From contig JBHGNT010000017.1 in NCBI GenBank assembly GCA_043228905.1, positions 17,918,001 through 17,982,000 of the forward strand: 64,000 bases of DNA, written 5' to 3'. The translations under genes and the position numbers were made by a program. The DNA comes from Azolla caroliniana. Taxonomy: Eukaryota; Plantae; Polypodiophyta. Of this stretch, positions 12,431 to 26,700 are shown piece after piece; the first letter of the stretch is position 1, and each line of letters opens with the position of its first letter. Under the pieces are notes generated by a model. It made no database searches. It was not told the origin of the DNA and was given only the letters and a program-made list of their open reading frames with translations.

Positions 12431-15400
12431 CACTGTTGCGCTCTAATCTTTTTCGCCAACAACAATGACAACAACACACACTAGCAGAGTTTTCGGCTTT
12501 TCGGCTATTTACAAATATAGTCCCGATGGACTCTCAGAAACATTATTATGAATATGTCCCTTCATCCGGTGAGCACTCCTCACCAGGCCTGCATCATCCG
12601 GCGCTTGCCGGGCACACGTCATCCGGTTCTCACGGAGTCTTCACTATCCGGCTCTTGCCGGGTACTCGTCATCCGGTTCTCACCGGGTCTTCCATTGCCG
12701 GGTACTTGACATCCGGTTCTCACCGGGTCTTCCGTAGCCGGGTACTCGTCATCCGGTTCTCATCAGTACTGTTCTTCTCACTTCCCATCCGGGGGGACCT
12801 GTTTCCTAACAAACTCCCCCTTCACTCCGGCATGGGATGTCTTACTAGTCTGATCCGCTTCCGGCATGCATCCAACTTGTCGGGTATCAGTACTTTGGTC
12901 AGCATATCTGACCCATTCTCGGCCATGTGGATCTTCGTCAACGCGAACTCCTGGTCATCTACTCTTTCCCGGATCCAATGATATCTTCGTTGGATATGCT
13001 TCGTCCGAGAATGGTAGGCCGCATTCTTAGCAAGGTGGATGGCACTTTGACTGTCGCAATAGAGCCAGTATTCATCTTGCCGGATACCGAGCTCTCCGAT
13101 GAAGTCCTTCATCCATAATATTTCCTTGCCGGCTTCCATAGCCGCCATGTACTCCGCCTCCGTGGTTGACAACGCAACCGTCTTCTGCAGCCTCAACTGC
13201 CACGAAACAGCTCCCCCTACATATGTCATTACATACCCGGATGTAGACCGGTTGGTATCCACATCAGCCGACATGTCCGAATCGGTAAAACCGTCAAGTT
13301 GAGGTTTACCGGAGCCAAATCGGAGACACATATCGTTCCAGTGCTCCTTGCCAGGATTGCTCATAAACCGGCTCACCACTCCGACTGCATATCCTATATC
13401 CGGTCGGGTACACACCATTGCGTACATTAAGCTCCTGACGGCAGAGGCATATGGAACCTTCATCATATCAGCCTTCTCTGCTTTCGTCTTCGGCCTTTGC
13501 TTACCGGATAATCTGCAGTTTGTCGGGAGTGTCAATCCGACCAGTTTCGCATCTGGCATGTTGAACCGCTTAAGCACCTTTGTCACGTACTTCTCCTATG
13601 ACAGCCACAATTGCTTCACTGACCGGTTCCGGATTATATGCATCCCCAGCATCTGTCTTGCCGGACCCAAGTCTTTCATTGAGAAGTTCCGGTTGAGAGC
13701 CTTCTTCAGCATCCGTATTTTGGCTTGGTCTCGTCCAACAATCAACATGTCATCCATGTACAGAAGGAGTATCAGGAAGTCGCCTCCTTCGAACTTCTTC
13801 ACAAACACACAGTGATCGGCCTGCGTCTTGTGGTACCCTTGATCGGTCATGAAGGAGTCGAACTTCCGGTACCATTTTCGGGGAGCCTGCTTCAGTCCGT
13901 ACAGGCTCTTCTTCAACCGGCAAACCAGTTGCTCCTTCCCTTTCTCCACGAATCCTTCCGGTTGCTGCATGTAGATCTCCTCTTCGAGGTCACCGTGAAG
14001 GAATGTCGTCTTCACGTCCAGCTGCTCTACCTCGAGGTCCATGCTTGCCGCTATACTCAGCACCGTCCGGATGGAGGTCATCTTTACTACCGGGGCAAAT
14101 ATCTCGACGAATTCTACGCCCTTCTTTTGCTGGAACCCCTTCACCAGGATCCTGGCTTTGTATCTCGGGGGCTTGTTGGCATCTCCCGGTTTCAACTTGT
14201 ACACCCACTTGTTTCGGAGTGCCCGCTTTCCTTACGGCAACTCCACCAATTCGTACGTATGGTTCTCATGCAGGGAATCCATCTCATCTTGCATGGCACT
14301 TAACCATTTTCGACTGTGGGTGTCATCGTTCGCTTCTTCGAAGCTTTCTGGCTCCCCCTCATCGGTTAGCAGCACATGCTCTGCATTCGGAAATCTCCGG
14401 GGGGCCCTTCTCTCTTTGAGAGGATATCTCCGTCTTTGGGCTTCGGTAACCGGCTCCTCCATTTCCTCTTCATCCGAATCCGATTCGGGGTCTTGGCCGA
14501 TTCCGGTTTCAGCTTCCTCTACTTCTTCTTCTGCCAGTCGGTATCCTCACCGTAACCAGCTGGTTCCTTGAGTGCTAACCGGTCTCTTGTTGGTTGGGTC
14601 TGCTCATCGTAGAATCGATCCTTACCGGTCGACTCAGAGTTCATTATCTTCTTCTCCAACTCCCAGTCGGCGAGCGTCTTGTCCTCCATAAAGATAATAT
14701 CTTGACTCCAGAATACCTTCTTGTGGACCAGGTCCCACACTCAAGAGCCAAACTCATCGTCACCGTAACCGAGGAATATGCATGGCCTGGTCTTTGGATC
14801 CAACTTTCCGCTCCGGTCCTTAGCAACATGCACGTACGCAAGACACCCGAATACCTTCAGATGCCGGTAGGACACTTCCTTACCGGTCTAGACTCTCTGT
14901 GGCGTGTCTCCGTCCAAGGGTACTGAGGGTGATCTATTTATCACATATGTCGCCGTCGACAGTGCCTCAACCCAAAACTTCTTGGGTTGTTTTGCATGCA
15001 CTGGCATACTCCGGACCCTCTCCTTTATGGGCCAGTTCATCCTCTCGGCCAGCCCGTTTAGTTCCGGCGTCTTCGGCACGGTAAATTCGAGCCGGATTCC
15101 CTTCGAGCGACAGTACTCCTTGAACTACCCCCGATATTCAACTCCGTTATCTACTCGAACCGCCTTCAGCTTCCGACCGGTTTCTCTTTCCACTCTCACG
15201 TGGAGCTCTTTGAAGATGGATAGCACCTGATCCTTCGTCTTCAACGGTGTGGCCCACAGCTTCCGGCTGTGGTCATCTATGAACGTCACGAAGTACTGCG
15301 ATCCTGCATGTGACTTCGTGTCCACTTGACACACATCAGTATGCACCAACTCCAGTGGTGCATTACGTCTTATCGGTGGCCTTGGTCGGAAGGAGGTCTG

Positions 15401-16356
15401 GTTTTGCTTACCGGCCAGACAATCAATGCACTTCTCCAAGTGCACGTTCTTCACTGGAATGAGGTTGTCGTCTGCAAGCCTCTTCATCCCCTTCTCGCTC
15501 ATGTGACAAAGCCTCTTGTGCCACAGCTCACCGGCAGTGTCGAATGCCACGTTCACTTCTTCCGAGCATAACCGGGCATTCATCAGGTACATCGTGTTTA
15601 CCTTCCAGGCCCGAGCCACAATCAGGCTTCCTTTGCTGAACTTCATAACACTGTTCCGGATGCTACCCGTGTAGCCTTCATCATCTAGCCGACCGGCTGA
15701 TATCAGGTTCAGACGAACCTCTGGAACGTGTCAGACATTCTTCAGCAGCAGCTTGCATCCGGTTGGCGTTGTCAACCACACGTCTCTTATGCCGACAATT
15801 CGGCATGTACCTTCATTCCCCATCCGGACACAGCCGTGATCACCGGCTGAGTAGGATGAGAAGCATTTCCGGTCCGGTGTAAGGTGGAACAACGCTCCGG
15901 AGTCGACCACCCAGGTCATCTTGTCGCCGGCAAGGTTTAGCTCACTCTCCTCGGTGATGAGCATCAACTCTTCTTCACTTGCCGCGATTGTCGTCGTTCC
16001 CTTCCGGTCCGGCCCCCTCCGGTCTTTACCGTTCTGGTCCGGTGTCCGCTTCGAATCTGTATCGTCAGTTTCCTTGTCTTTTCGGAAATGCCGACAGTTC
16101 TTCTAGAAGTGTCCCGGCTTGCCACAATAGAAGCAAGTAGGCCTCCCCCTTAACTTTGACCGTGTCCCCGACTTTTCCCGGTTCTGGGGGCTACCGTTCC
16201 TTTGTCTTCCGCGTTCCGATTCGGTAAGGAGCGCTTTGGAGCCGGAGCTCGTATCCTTATCTTTCCAACGCGCCTCCTCATCTAGCAAGCTCGACTTCAC
16301 TCTTGCAAGGGATAACCGTTTCCCTTACGGCCGGGCGTTGCCCAAAGTGACAACCA
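12059..16356 (-). mobile_element. Co-K: Ty1/Copia element, 5'-truncated, inserted in Gy-B integrase
   Basis: 3' LTR 12059-12811, PPT, RT/RNase H 12822-14204, integrase 14888-15646, protease DSGA; same family as Co-G; gag joined to the Gy-B integrase tail by a deletion. Confidence 0.9.
12345..12426. repeat. (CT)n microsatellite inside the Co-K LTR
   Basis: About 40 CT units. Confidence 0.95.
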
Positions 16357-16682
16357 GCCTCGACAACCAGCACAGGGCAACGTGGAAGTTTGCAAGGAGG
16401 TGGTTCGGGCCTTACGTGGTGACATGCGCCAATGACAACAGGACCTACCATCTTGCGGAGCTCGACGGTACGAGGATGGCAATACCGGTAGCGGGTAAGA
16501 GGGTCAAAGCGTTTAAGAAACGACACGAGTGTGAGCCGGATCTGGAAAGCATGGACGGCGACGAAGGGCGGTCCGAGGCGGATGACGAACCGGAAGACGA
16601 GGAGTAAAGCATGGACCGGTTTTCTTCAGCAAGAGCCCAATTTTGGCGCATACCACTGGATGCGCGGTTAGGTGGGGGCGGA

Positions 16683-17378
16683 TGTCGTGAAGAAAACCGT
16701 CCCTAGGCAAAAACCGAGTTTAGCATGTGTAAACCGGCCCTTACACGTGAGCACACTTTTCGTTGTATAGTAAGTAGGTAGGTACAAGTCGGCTGAGGTG
16801 AAATCCTAGGTAGCACGCATTCAATAGGGAGAGAATCGAATTGTATCTCTAGCCGAAAGGACAGAGAATTAATATGATGTAACGGATGATAACGGCCTCC
16901 CTCCTTGGGCTATAAAAGAGAGGGAGAGGAATGAAAAAGATATCGCGCGTTAGAGAGGACGAAGTGCTTCCGGACTAGGACCGAGCCCTTCTCCTCTGCC
17001 ACTCTCCATAGCCATTTTTGCGCAGGTTTTCGGGAGGCTGACTCTGCTCCGTGGAACGCCCGTGTGCTTCCGGTAGAGTCTCCATCTCGCTCTTCTGTGT
17101 GTGTAAGTGAACAGGCGTCGGTGTCCGCCTTGCCGGCCTATTAGTTGTAACCGTCTTGATATATATATATACATTTATATACATGCGTGTTCATATACTC
17201 GGACTTCTAGTCGTCTCGTTTTGCTGTGTTGTTGGACTGTAATTCCTGTGTGCTCCCGTGTCTGTGCATGTGCAAGTGTGTCCGTTGCCTTTCCATTCTC
17301 CTCCTTCTCAGCTATTTCTCAGTCCAAGACCCCGGTGATCCCGCCTCGTTCTCCACGCACGCGCGTAAGAACGCGACA
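16683..17378 (+). repeat. Gy-B 3' LTR
   Basis: Preceded by PPT-like GGTGGGGGCGGA; TGTCGTGAAG...ACGCGACA. Confidence 0.95.
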
Positions 17379-19165
17379 GCGGCTCACCTTCTCCGGAGAA
17401 AAGTTAGCCTTCGGACAGCTGGAGATAGTGGTAGTCGGACACCTGTGCGGGCCTTACGGCCGGAATCCGTCCCCGGCGAAGGTAGAAGCCATCTCCACAA
17501 TGAAGGATGATTGCGGGTCGGTCACGGAGGTCCAAAGGATCCTGGGGGCATGTGCGTTCTATCACATCTGGATTCCACACTACACGCATGTCACAGAACC
17601 ACTTTACGGGTTATTAAAGAAAGGGCGCCGGTTCAAAGGGAGCACAAGGAGTCGGTCCGGAGACTGAAGGAGGCGCTAGCCGCGGCACCAGCTCTCCGGA
17701 GAGCGGTTTACGGCAAGGAAGTCCCCATTTACGTGACGGTGGACATGAGCCCGACCGGGATCGGGTGGGTGATCAATCAGGAAGACGAGGACGGTGTACG
17801 GTTCCCGATTTGGTTCGGGGCAAAGGTATTGAGCGAGCGGCAGCTAGGATACGCCCAAATTAAGCGCGAGCTATGGGGTATCGTTTTGGCAGTCAAGGCC
17901 GACAAGGATTATTTGATCGGGACGGAAGTGTTAATCGAGACGGACTGCCTACCGATTTTGGGTATGGTTTCCAGATGCGCGACTGCGGACCTGGTGATGC
18001 TCAAGTGGATCGCGTACATCAAGTCCCTGAACCCAAAGATACGGCACATCTCCGGAAAGGATAATGCCATGGCCGATATGCTTTCAAGGGCACGGTTCAG
18101 CAACGAGGATGGCATGGTGGTCGGGGCTGTACCGGGACGTGCATCATTTTGTGACAACCTGTAAGAATTGCCAGATGCACTCTACAGTCCGGCATCGAGA
18201 CTTGCTTCATCCAAACTACCCACCAACCGTCCACTTCAAATGGATGGTGGATTTAGTGACTATGCCGATGGGGGTAGGACAGATGCGATATCTGGTGCTG
18301 GCTCGGGAGGACCTGACAAACCAGGTGGAAGGCCGAGCGTTGAAGAACAAAACGACCGCGGCCGTGTGTCGATTTCTGATCTAAGAAGTGGTGTGCCGAT
18401 ACAGGTGCGTAGGAAAGATCGTGGACAACCGCGGAGAACTAGATGCGCAAGAGGTTGAAGAGTTGTTTGACCAACTGGGGTCAAACTCTCCCTCACTATA
18501 GTGTACAATCCGGAGCCCAACGGGAAGGTAGAGCATGGTCACGAGCCCATTGTGAAGGCGTTAGCACATTGGGAATTGGCCGCGGCTCCTTCTTTACGCA
18601 CTATGGGCGGATCGAACTACGCACAGTTCGGTGACGGGTTTCATGCCAGCGGAGCTGATGTACGGGCAAAAGCCAATCATGCCGATGGAGAAAACGATCA
18701 CTTCATGGGCCGCGATGGACTGGAAGGACGAGATGAACCGGGAAGAGTTGTTGGCAACAAGGATCCGAAACTCGAGCGAAGACCGAAAGACGTGGAGCGG
18801 GCGAAGGAAAGGCTGCGTAAAGCACGAGAAAGGAACAAAGGTCGGTTCGACTGTACTCACCGACTAAGGCCGAGGAAGATCGAGGAAGGTGAACGGGTGC
18901 TCGTGTACGACAGCAGCCTCGACAATCAACACAAGGCGGTGCGTAAGTTTGCGAGGAGGTTGTTCGGGCCCTATGCGGTAACGAGTGCGAACTACAACGG
19001 CACGTACCATCTCGCGGAGCTCGACAGGACACAGATGGCGGTGCCGGTAGCAGGAAAAGGGTCAAGGTATTGAAGAAGCGGCAAGAGGAAGAGCCAAACC
19101 TGGAATGCGTGTCTGACGATGACGGCCGGCTCGAAACGAATGATGATTCGAGCAGCGATGGGTGA
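17379..19165 (+). pseudogene. Gy-A RT/RNase H/integrase, degenerate
   Basis: ORFs 17511-18164, 18064-18384 and 18501-19073; ADMLSR, integrase core, FGPY. Confidence 0.88.
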
Positions 19166-19238
19166 TAGCGGGCCGGTTTTCTCCAGCAAGTGTTGTATCT
19201 GGCGCGTACCGGTGGACGCGCGGTTTGGTGGGGGTGGA

Positions 19239-19845
19239 TGTTGTGGAGAAAACCGTCCATAGGAGGAAACGAGAGAAACCATCCCTATGTGTAGGGCAGC
19301 TGATGGAAATATACTAGGTGTAACACATTTATTAGGAAATCAATGTGTATCTCTGTCCGAAGGGACACAGAATAAAGTAATGTGATTGTGACTGAAGGAG
19401 AAGGGACTCTCCCCAACGACCTACATAAGGAAGAAGAGAAGGAAGAATAGACCATCGTGCGTTAGCGAGAACGAAGTGTTGTTGGACCGTATATCGAGTT
19501 CTCTTTCTCCTCCTTCGGTTGTCATTCTCGGCGGGTTTTCTTTTGGAGATCGTCGCCTCTGCTTCGTGGACAGCCCGTGCGCTTCCATCAGAGGCTCTAC
19601 CTTCGCGTTTCTGTGCTTGGCGTGTGATTCCTGTGTGTGTGTGGGTGGACTCCCGTGTTGGGTCCATTGCCGATGTGCTGGTTGTAATCGTTATTGGTGT
19701 TATAATCGAATTGTTCACTTTTTCTCTCTCTCTCTCTCTTTCACTGTGTTCAGCAAAATGCTCTCTCTCTCCTCTCTCACGCTCCTTGGTTTAGGGCCCC
19801 TGCGGTCCCGTCTCATTTCACCCGCGAAAGCGTAGTAACACGACA
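19239..19845 (+). repeat. Gy-A 3' LTR
   Basis: PPT GGTGGGGGTGGA; TGTTGTGGAGAAAACC...TAACACGACA. Confidence 0.9.
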
Positions 19846-21498
19846 ACCTTCATCAGCTTCCCCTTTTGTCCGACATGCACAATCGGGTGAGGGGTGTCAT
19901 CTCGGGTTTCGACAATCCCCGGTTGTTCCGGTTTCTCCAAAAAAGAGAACCACTCTTCATGGCTCGTCATGTGGTTGGATGCTCTGGAATCAACGTACCA
20001 TACTTCCTTCGATCCAAAACTAGTCTTCTTCATCAAGTTAGCCTTGTGCTTCATCACAAAGGTTGGCCGTTTACCGGTTTTCCCTGTTCCAAATCCTTCT
20101 GATCCTTCCGCGTAGTGTGAGCTTTGTCGATTCTCCCGACCGGTTTTGCCGGATCTGGATTTGCCTGAATCGGCACACTTCTTCCAACACTCGCTTTCTC
20201 TGTGGCCCTTTTTGCCATAGTACCAGTATTCTGTGTCAGCCTTTCCTTGTCAGTTCCCGGCGCCGCTTGTGGAGGGTCCGGAACTACTATCGGCACAATC
20301 TCTGTGCCTCCGGTGCTACTCTTGTCGGCCGCCTCCATTGCGTGCCGACCCACCTCATCCACCACGTCCATGGGGCCAATCTGTCTCCGTGTACAGCATC
20401 CGGTCGTCCGATTCAGTGGTCCTTGACCCACTCACGTGGTTTTCTTCGACCATCAGCATAGATTGCAAGTCGAAGAAGGACGGTGGTTTCTCCCAGGTGC
20501 AGATCGCTATCCGGATTGGCCCGTACCTTTGCGCTAGACCACCGAGGCAGATTTCTACCATCTCATCTTCGTCCACCGTCACGTTGATGGACCTGAGTGT
20601 GTCGCAATTCTCCTTTATCTTGGTGGTGTAGTCCGTAACCAACATTTCTCTTTACCAGATTTTGTTCGGCTCTTGCCGGAGCTGCAACTTACGCGTTGTG
20701 GTACTTGCGGCAAAAATCTTCCGTAGATTTTCCCAAGCCTCCTTCGGCGTCTTTGCATCCTTGATATTGCTGAGCATTTGATCATGCACACTGGACGCGA
20801 GACAATACAGTACCCGACTGGCTCCTGGCTCCCATACCAGGAAGTCTTTGTGTGACAGCTCCGGTGGTACTTCATTTGTTCCTTCCACGAAGCTCCAATA
20901 TCCATGCCCCAGTAGGTACTGGTGCATTTTATATGACCAGGATGCATAGTTGCTCCAGTCGAGCTTCTCTATTGGAACTGAACTCGCCATTCCACTTTCC
21001 ATATCTTCTCTCCATTTGTTGTTACCAGGTTCTAGGGTTCTCAACCCTCGCGCTCTGATACCATGTGAATGTTAATGTGCGGAAGCGTTAGACAGAACCG
21101 GCTCAGTCAAATAGCAACAGAAAATGAGATGAAGGTTTAATGGAAAAGCTTAAAACACAGAGGAGACAGAGAGAGCAGAACATAAAACTATATTCAAAAA
21201 TTAACTCTAAAACTCTGTACATACAATGTGCTAAACAACACTATTTATACAAGTCCATAAAGGACTGACAGGTACTTCAATGCTCACACGTGCGACTGAC
21301 ACTAACTATGAGATAATGATTACCTAGTAGTCTAGGCTACTACTAGGCTTCCGGTTCCAGCTCGAATCCGGTTCTCCGATCCGGCTCCCCGATCCGGCCG
21401 GTTGTTTCCAGATACCGATCCGGTTGATCCTTCCGAATGCCGATCCGGCTCATGCTTATTCAGCCAATCCGGATCCGGTTGAGCTTGCTCGCTCAACA
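19846..21498 (-). mobile_element. Co-C: 5' part of a Ty1/Copia element (LTR, PBS, gag, protease)
   Basis: LTR 21064-21498 (TGTTGAGC...TTCACA on minus), tRNA-iMet PBS TGGTATCAGAGC 21052-21063, gag 20355-21044, protease WYVDSRASNHM. Confidence 0.9.
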
Positions 21499-23310
21499 TC
21501 TCATAAAAAGGAAGCGGCTCGTGACAGAGCCAGAACCAGAGAAGCCAGTCGGGGTAAGGGTTGCATTGCTCGACGAGGTGGCCACAGAGAACGAGCTTGC
21601 GGAAAGCCACTACACAAGGCCGCACTGGGCTAGAGCAACAACAGTTCGGATCAAGGATGTGAAGAGCCAGTGGTGGTATTGATTGACCATGGGTCGGAAA
21701 TTAACGTAATGTCCATGGACTTCTACAAAAAGGGGAAATGGTCAATCAACACCAAGCACGGGTGCAAGATACGTGTGGCTACGCAAGCCACGGAGTTGCA
21801 CAGGGCTTGCCCGAATGTCTAAGGGTCAATGACGTCGAGATAGACCAACACTTTTTCGTGCAATAGACATCCTCCCATCTGGTCATCGTCGGTGAACCAT
21901 ACATCACAATGCCTCGAATAGAAACAACAGTGTTGGACAATGGTTCGGCCTATGCAAGGGTGAAGAGTCAGGATGGTCGTCACTCCGTTTAGTTCCTAAC
22001 AGTACGCCAGAGCCATGAGCGGAATAGAGACACACTCGGTAATGACGGACGAGAGGATTTCTAAAAAGGGCTACGATAGTCCGAATGACCAGAACAAACC
22101 CCACACCTGTACTATAGGTAGGAAAATTTTGTTCTCCGACAACGGAGGTTGTACCATAACCGGCATTAGTGGCTGGAACAAAAAACGAGTCAAAAGGCGC
22201 TTGAAGGCGTGTGGAGCCTTGGGCCCTGACGAGGAGATTGGCGACGCCATGGAGGCGGTCTTAATCAATGACACCCTTGGGGAGATCGAGAGGGTAGTCG
22301 AAAGGGGTCTAAGTGAAGACTGGGCCGTAGCGGTTAATTCGGTCAAAATGTACGAAGTCATCACGAACTTCGAGAGGGATATCATGGCGCATTGGACTGC
22401 CCGCATGGACACAAAGTACAAGATTGTGGACCGGTAGGTGAAGCTAGTCGCGGCTCCCTTGTCGGAGGGCAATTGGGAACGAATAACGGGGGTCGCTACT
22501 GACCCAAGCTCGCGAGATCCGGCCAGCATAGGACACTGGTTCACCAACAAGACGCTACAAGAGTTGAAGATCGGTGGGGTTGACTTCCTACTGCCACCGG
22601 AAGAGGACCGGTTCAGGAGGATGCTCGAGAGGCACGAGAAAGCCTTCACATTCTCGCCAAGAGAGATCATGTGCGTCGACCCGACCATTGTCGAGCCAAT
22701 GGTAATCTTCACGGTACCGCACGTGTCATGGAATCTCAAGCCGTTTAAAGTACCAAGAGCTCACATCCCAAATTTGATGGAGCTTCTTCAGCAGAAAGTG
22801 GAGTTGGACATCCTCGAGCCATCGAGTGCCCCTTACTCAAATCGGTGGTTTACAGTACCAAAGAAGAACGGTGTCGTGGAAATCCGTGCTTGCATGTCGG
22901 ATTCGGGCGGGACCACCGGGGTCATGGTCCAGGAGGGGAGGAGTTGCAGGGAACCCGAATCCTCCGGAGCTCGCCGCGTTGCCAACCGGTTCGCTCTCAG
23001 ATACTCTCCGGAATCGACCGGTAGCCACACGGGAAGTCAAAGAGTGTGCCCTTGTCCTTGCCGCCCCTTCCGCCCGTATGTACAAGGGGCCCAAAAGAGG
23101 CATGGGACCCTAAACCGGTTAACCGCGCCCGCACACACGCACACACACATATACACACCCGGTTACAACCGGCACCTCTACACCGGCGACCACGCACGCA
23201 CCCGCACATGCTCCACCCCGCCGATTTTTCCAACATTCCCCGGTTTCTCACCATGGCCCAGAATCTTCACAACATTCGCTTCCCACCAAACCGCACATCC
23301 ACTGGTACGT

Positions 23311-23376
23311 TGTCGTGGAGAAAACCGTCCCTAGGAGGAATCAATGGATAGTGTCCATGAACCGGCCCTTACACAC
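23311..23376 (+). mobile_element. Truncated 5' end of another Gypsy-family LTR
   Basis: TGTCGTGGAGAAAACCGTCCCTAGG...AACCGGCCCTTACAC matches the starts of the Gy-A and Gy-B LTRs; preceded by ACGT. Confidence 0.75.
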
Positions 23377-23732
23377 TGGTCCAGTCTTCATTTGTCGCCT
23401 CCGGATTGGTCGTATTGGCCATGACCTCCGCATCCTCGGCACCACTTTCCGTCTCTTAGGTCTTCCATTGGTTGTCGGCCGCAACCGCCTAAGTCTCGGG
23501 AACGAGTGTGGAGGACCCATACTTCAGTTGACCGCCTCTTTCATTTGCCCTGCCGCCGTCGACCTCCTTCCTTGCTCTTCCCCACCATCTCCCTTCTCTT
23601 TCGGTCTCACGTTGCCATGCCGGCCGAATTGCCGAACTCCGGTCAAGATGTGGGGATACCGATTTTGTAACGACTGTCGACGGCTTGTCCCAGGCCACCG
23701 ACCCTTTTAGTGGTGTTAGTGGAAAGCATCTG

Positions 23733-26700
23733 TGTCGGGGACAAGGTCATCAGTGCGGAAGAACAAACAACATCTGTGATGTTGAAGGACCTGTGTATGA
23801 GAATAAACAAGATACACACACACACACACACAGATAGGCACAAAGAAATGTTTTATTTCTTAATAGCAACAATTACAAATGACAACCAACCAACCCCTTT
23901 ACTAAAGGTTACAAAGTCACTTTATATAGTGACTATCCTAGGGAAACTACCCTTTATGCTATTTAAAAAAATAGCCCAAACTTGGGCTATCCAAAGGGAT
24001 AGTGTGAACACAGCCATTATACACTCGTATTCGACAGTCCCCCGTAATGGGCGTATACATGGGTTGTCTGAAATTGCAGGTATATACAGGGTTTATTGGA
24101 CAGATCGGTTTTGTTCGAGTTGGCAAGATTTGAGGACAGAAGGTCGAACCGGTCGGGTCGGAAGAGATGAAGCCAATCCTCAAAGAACCGATGTCGGTTG
24201 TCCGAAACCATCCTATCTTGTGTGTCCGACTTTAATCGGACCGATTTTTCATTACGCCCATATGGTGCCGAAGGGACCGGAAGCGGTCCGCCGAAAGACA
24301 CTTTGTCATTCCATCTATGACATTATCAGTTGTGGATATCTTCTGGAGACCAATTTTCCCTGAAATGACGCAGTCCCGAAAAAAGTGATATCGAACGTCG
24401 ATATTCTTGGAGGCGTTGTGGTGAACCAGATTTTTTGACAAAGCAACAGCACCCTGACTGTCGCTGTCGACAACTGGAGCCGAGTCGAAATCGACTTGTC
24501 GAAACGTGTGCGCCAGCCGACCGAGCCATAAAGCTTCTTTTGTTGCGTCGAATGCAGCTACATATTCCGCTTCGGTCGTTGAGGTGGTTGTGCACTCCTG
24601 AAGTTTCAACTTCCACGAGATTGCTCCATTGCCGAATTTGAAACAATATCCGGTTGTTGATTTTCGGCTGTCCACGCAGCCAGCGAAGTCGGAGTCGGTG
24701 TAACCGACTATGCCTGAGGTTGAGTTCGGGCCAAAAAGAATGTTGTGGTCTTTTGTGCCAGCAAGATATCTGAACAAATGCTTGACTATGTTCCAATGCG
24801 ATCGTCCTGAGTTGTGCATGAATCTGCTGACGACTCCTACGGCGTGAGAAATATCAGGTCGTGTCGCGACCATCGCGTACATAAGGGAGCCGACTGTCGG
24901 TGCATACAGTACCGACTTCATATCTTCCCCCTTCGGACCGGATGTCGGGCAGTCTCGCTGAGACAGCCGAAGGTTAATGGGGAGCAAGGTCAAAGCAGAC
25001 ATGGCCACGACACCAAGCATGAAATGAAGGGTTATCATTTTCACCACTGGTGAAAAGATTTCGTCGAAGTCGACGCCATATTCTTGTCGAAATCCCTTCG
25101 CAACTAATCTGGCCTTGTACTTTGGGTTGGTCAAGTCGGACGTCTCTTTTAGTCGATAGACCCACTTACACGGAAGAACATGTCGATTCTTCGGTAATTC
25201 GACCAAGTCCCAAGTCTTGTTTGCGCGAATGGACTGCATTTCCGACTCCATCGCCAGATGCCAAGTGGCTGAGTTGGCAGATGCCAATACTTCTTCGTAA
25301 GACGTCGGTTCACCGGCATCAGTGAAGAAAATTCTAGGAGAGTACCTTTCCGGAGGTTGTGACCGTCTTTCGGATCTTCGAGGTATGACTGGACTGGTCG
25401 CACCGAGTATAGGTGTCGGATGGTCGAAAGCCGAGCCATTCGGTTTTGATGAATCGGTGGATTCAAGACAGGAGGTGTCGGTTACCCGTGAAACCGATCT
25501 CGTGTTGTGGGTTGGGCCTTCATGAAGGGTTGGCACTTCGGAAAATATTACCCTTCGGACTTCAATAGGCCTTTCGGCCGTTTTATGCATAGCCAACTCG
25601 TTGAACACGACGTCCAAACTTTGGACGATTTGTTTGTGCTTGGGGTCCCAGAGTCGGTTATTTATTATGTGTACTGCCGTAAGTAGAGCCTCCGCCTAGA
25701 AGCCATCCAACAGTCCGGAGTGTTGGAGCATGGTTATTATGCGTTCTTAAATCATCTGATTCATGCGTTCAGCAATTCCGTTCTGCTCCGGACTATAGGG
25801 TGCCGTCTATTCATGTTGAATGTCGTGTTCCCGGCAAAGTTTGACAAATTCGTCAGACTTGAATTCTCCTCCATTATCGGTTTGAAGACATTTTAGTTTC
25901 CGACCAGTCTGGTTTTCGACCATTGCGAGCCATTCAGAGAAGATCGAGAACACCCAATCTTTGGTTCTAATGGGGTAAGCCCACACCTTCCGAGTCGAGT
26001 CATCAATAAAGCTGACGAAGTACGAAGCACCGCCGAGAGACTGATGTGGCATCGGGCCACTGACGTCCGAGTGAACCAAATCGAGGGGACTTGATTCTCT
26101 TGGTGCTGATGTCGAGTGTGATGCAGCTACCTGTTTGTTGTACTGGCAATGCTCGTAGAATTGGTGATCCGAGAAGGAGAGCTTGGGGATGTAACCAGCT
26201 CTAGATAGGTGCTTTATGTCGGCCTTGCTAAGGTGTCCAAGTCGTCTGTGCCATAACGATGACACGGGGATGTCAACCAAAAATAAGTCACCCTCTTTGA
26301 GTGTGACATATAAAGGGTACAAAGAGTGTACCTTTAGTCCTTGAGCAAGCAGGAGGTTCCCTTTGTGGAGTGTCCACCCTCCTTATGAGAACCCGGCACA
26401 GATGCCGGCTTCGTCAAGTTGTCCGACTGAGATCAAGGGTCTTGAAAGCTCAGGAACGTGTCGGACGTTGTGTAGTACGAGTGTAGACCCACCCGGAAGG
26501 TTGAGCTCTACGGTGCCGATTCCCATTATGGCTCAATGTTGCAAGTTCCCGACTCGAACTGAGTCGGAGTGCCGGTCTGAGTATTGTCGAAACTGAGATC
26601 GGTGAGGTGTTACATGATACGATGCGCCCGAATCTAGGAGCCATGTGCTCGATTCCTCAGTCGTAAGCAAAACTTCTGATTCGACTAGGTTCTCTATGGA

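Larger units (their letters stand above)
8742..16607 (+). pseudogene. Gy-B pol (RT-RNase H-integrase), interrupted by a solo LTR and Co-K
   Basis: RT 8973-10693, RNase H 10706-11443, integrase HHCC ~11790-11920, C-terminal WFGPY region and acidic tail 16357-16607. Confidence 0.88.
5870..17378 (+). mobile_element. Gy-B: two-LTR Ty3/Gypsy element inserted in the RT of Gy-A
   Basis: LTRs 5870-6543 and 16683-17378 are highly similar; 4-bp TSD GCGA/GCGG; removal restores ESARLTF in Gy-A RT; PBS and PPT present. Confidence 0.95.
2987..19845 (+). mobile_element. Gy-A: 5'-truncated Ty3/Gypsy LTR retrotransposon, interrupted by Gy-B
   Basis: gag-PR 2987-4598 (DHGSEINLM protease); RT 4589-5869 resuming in register at 17379; RNase H and integrase to ~19165; PPT then 3' LTR 19239-19845. 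Confidence 0.9.
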
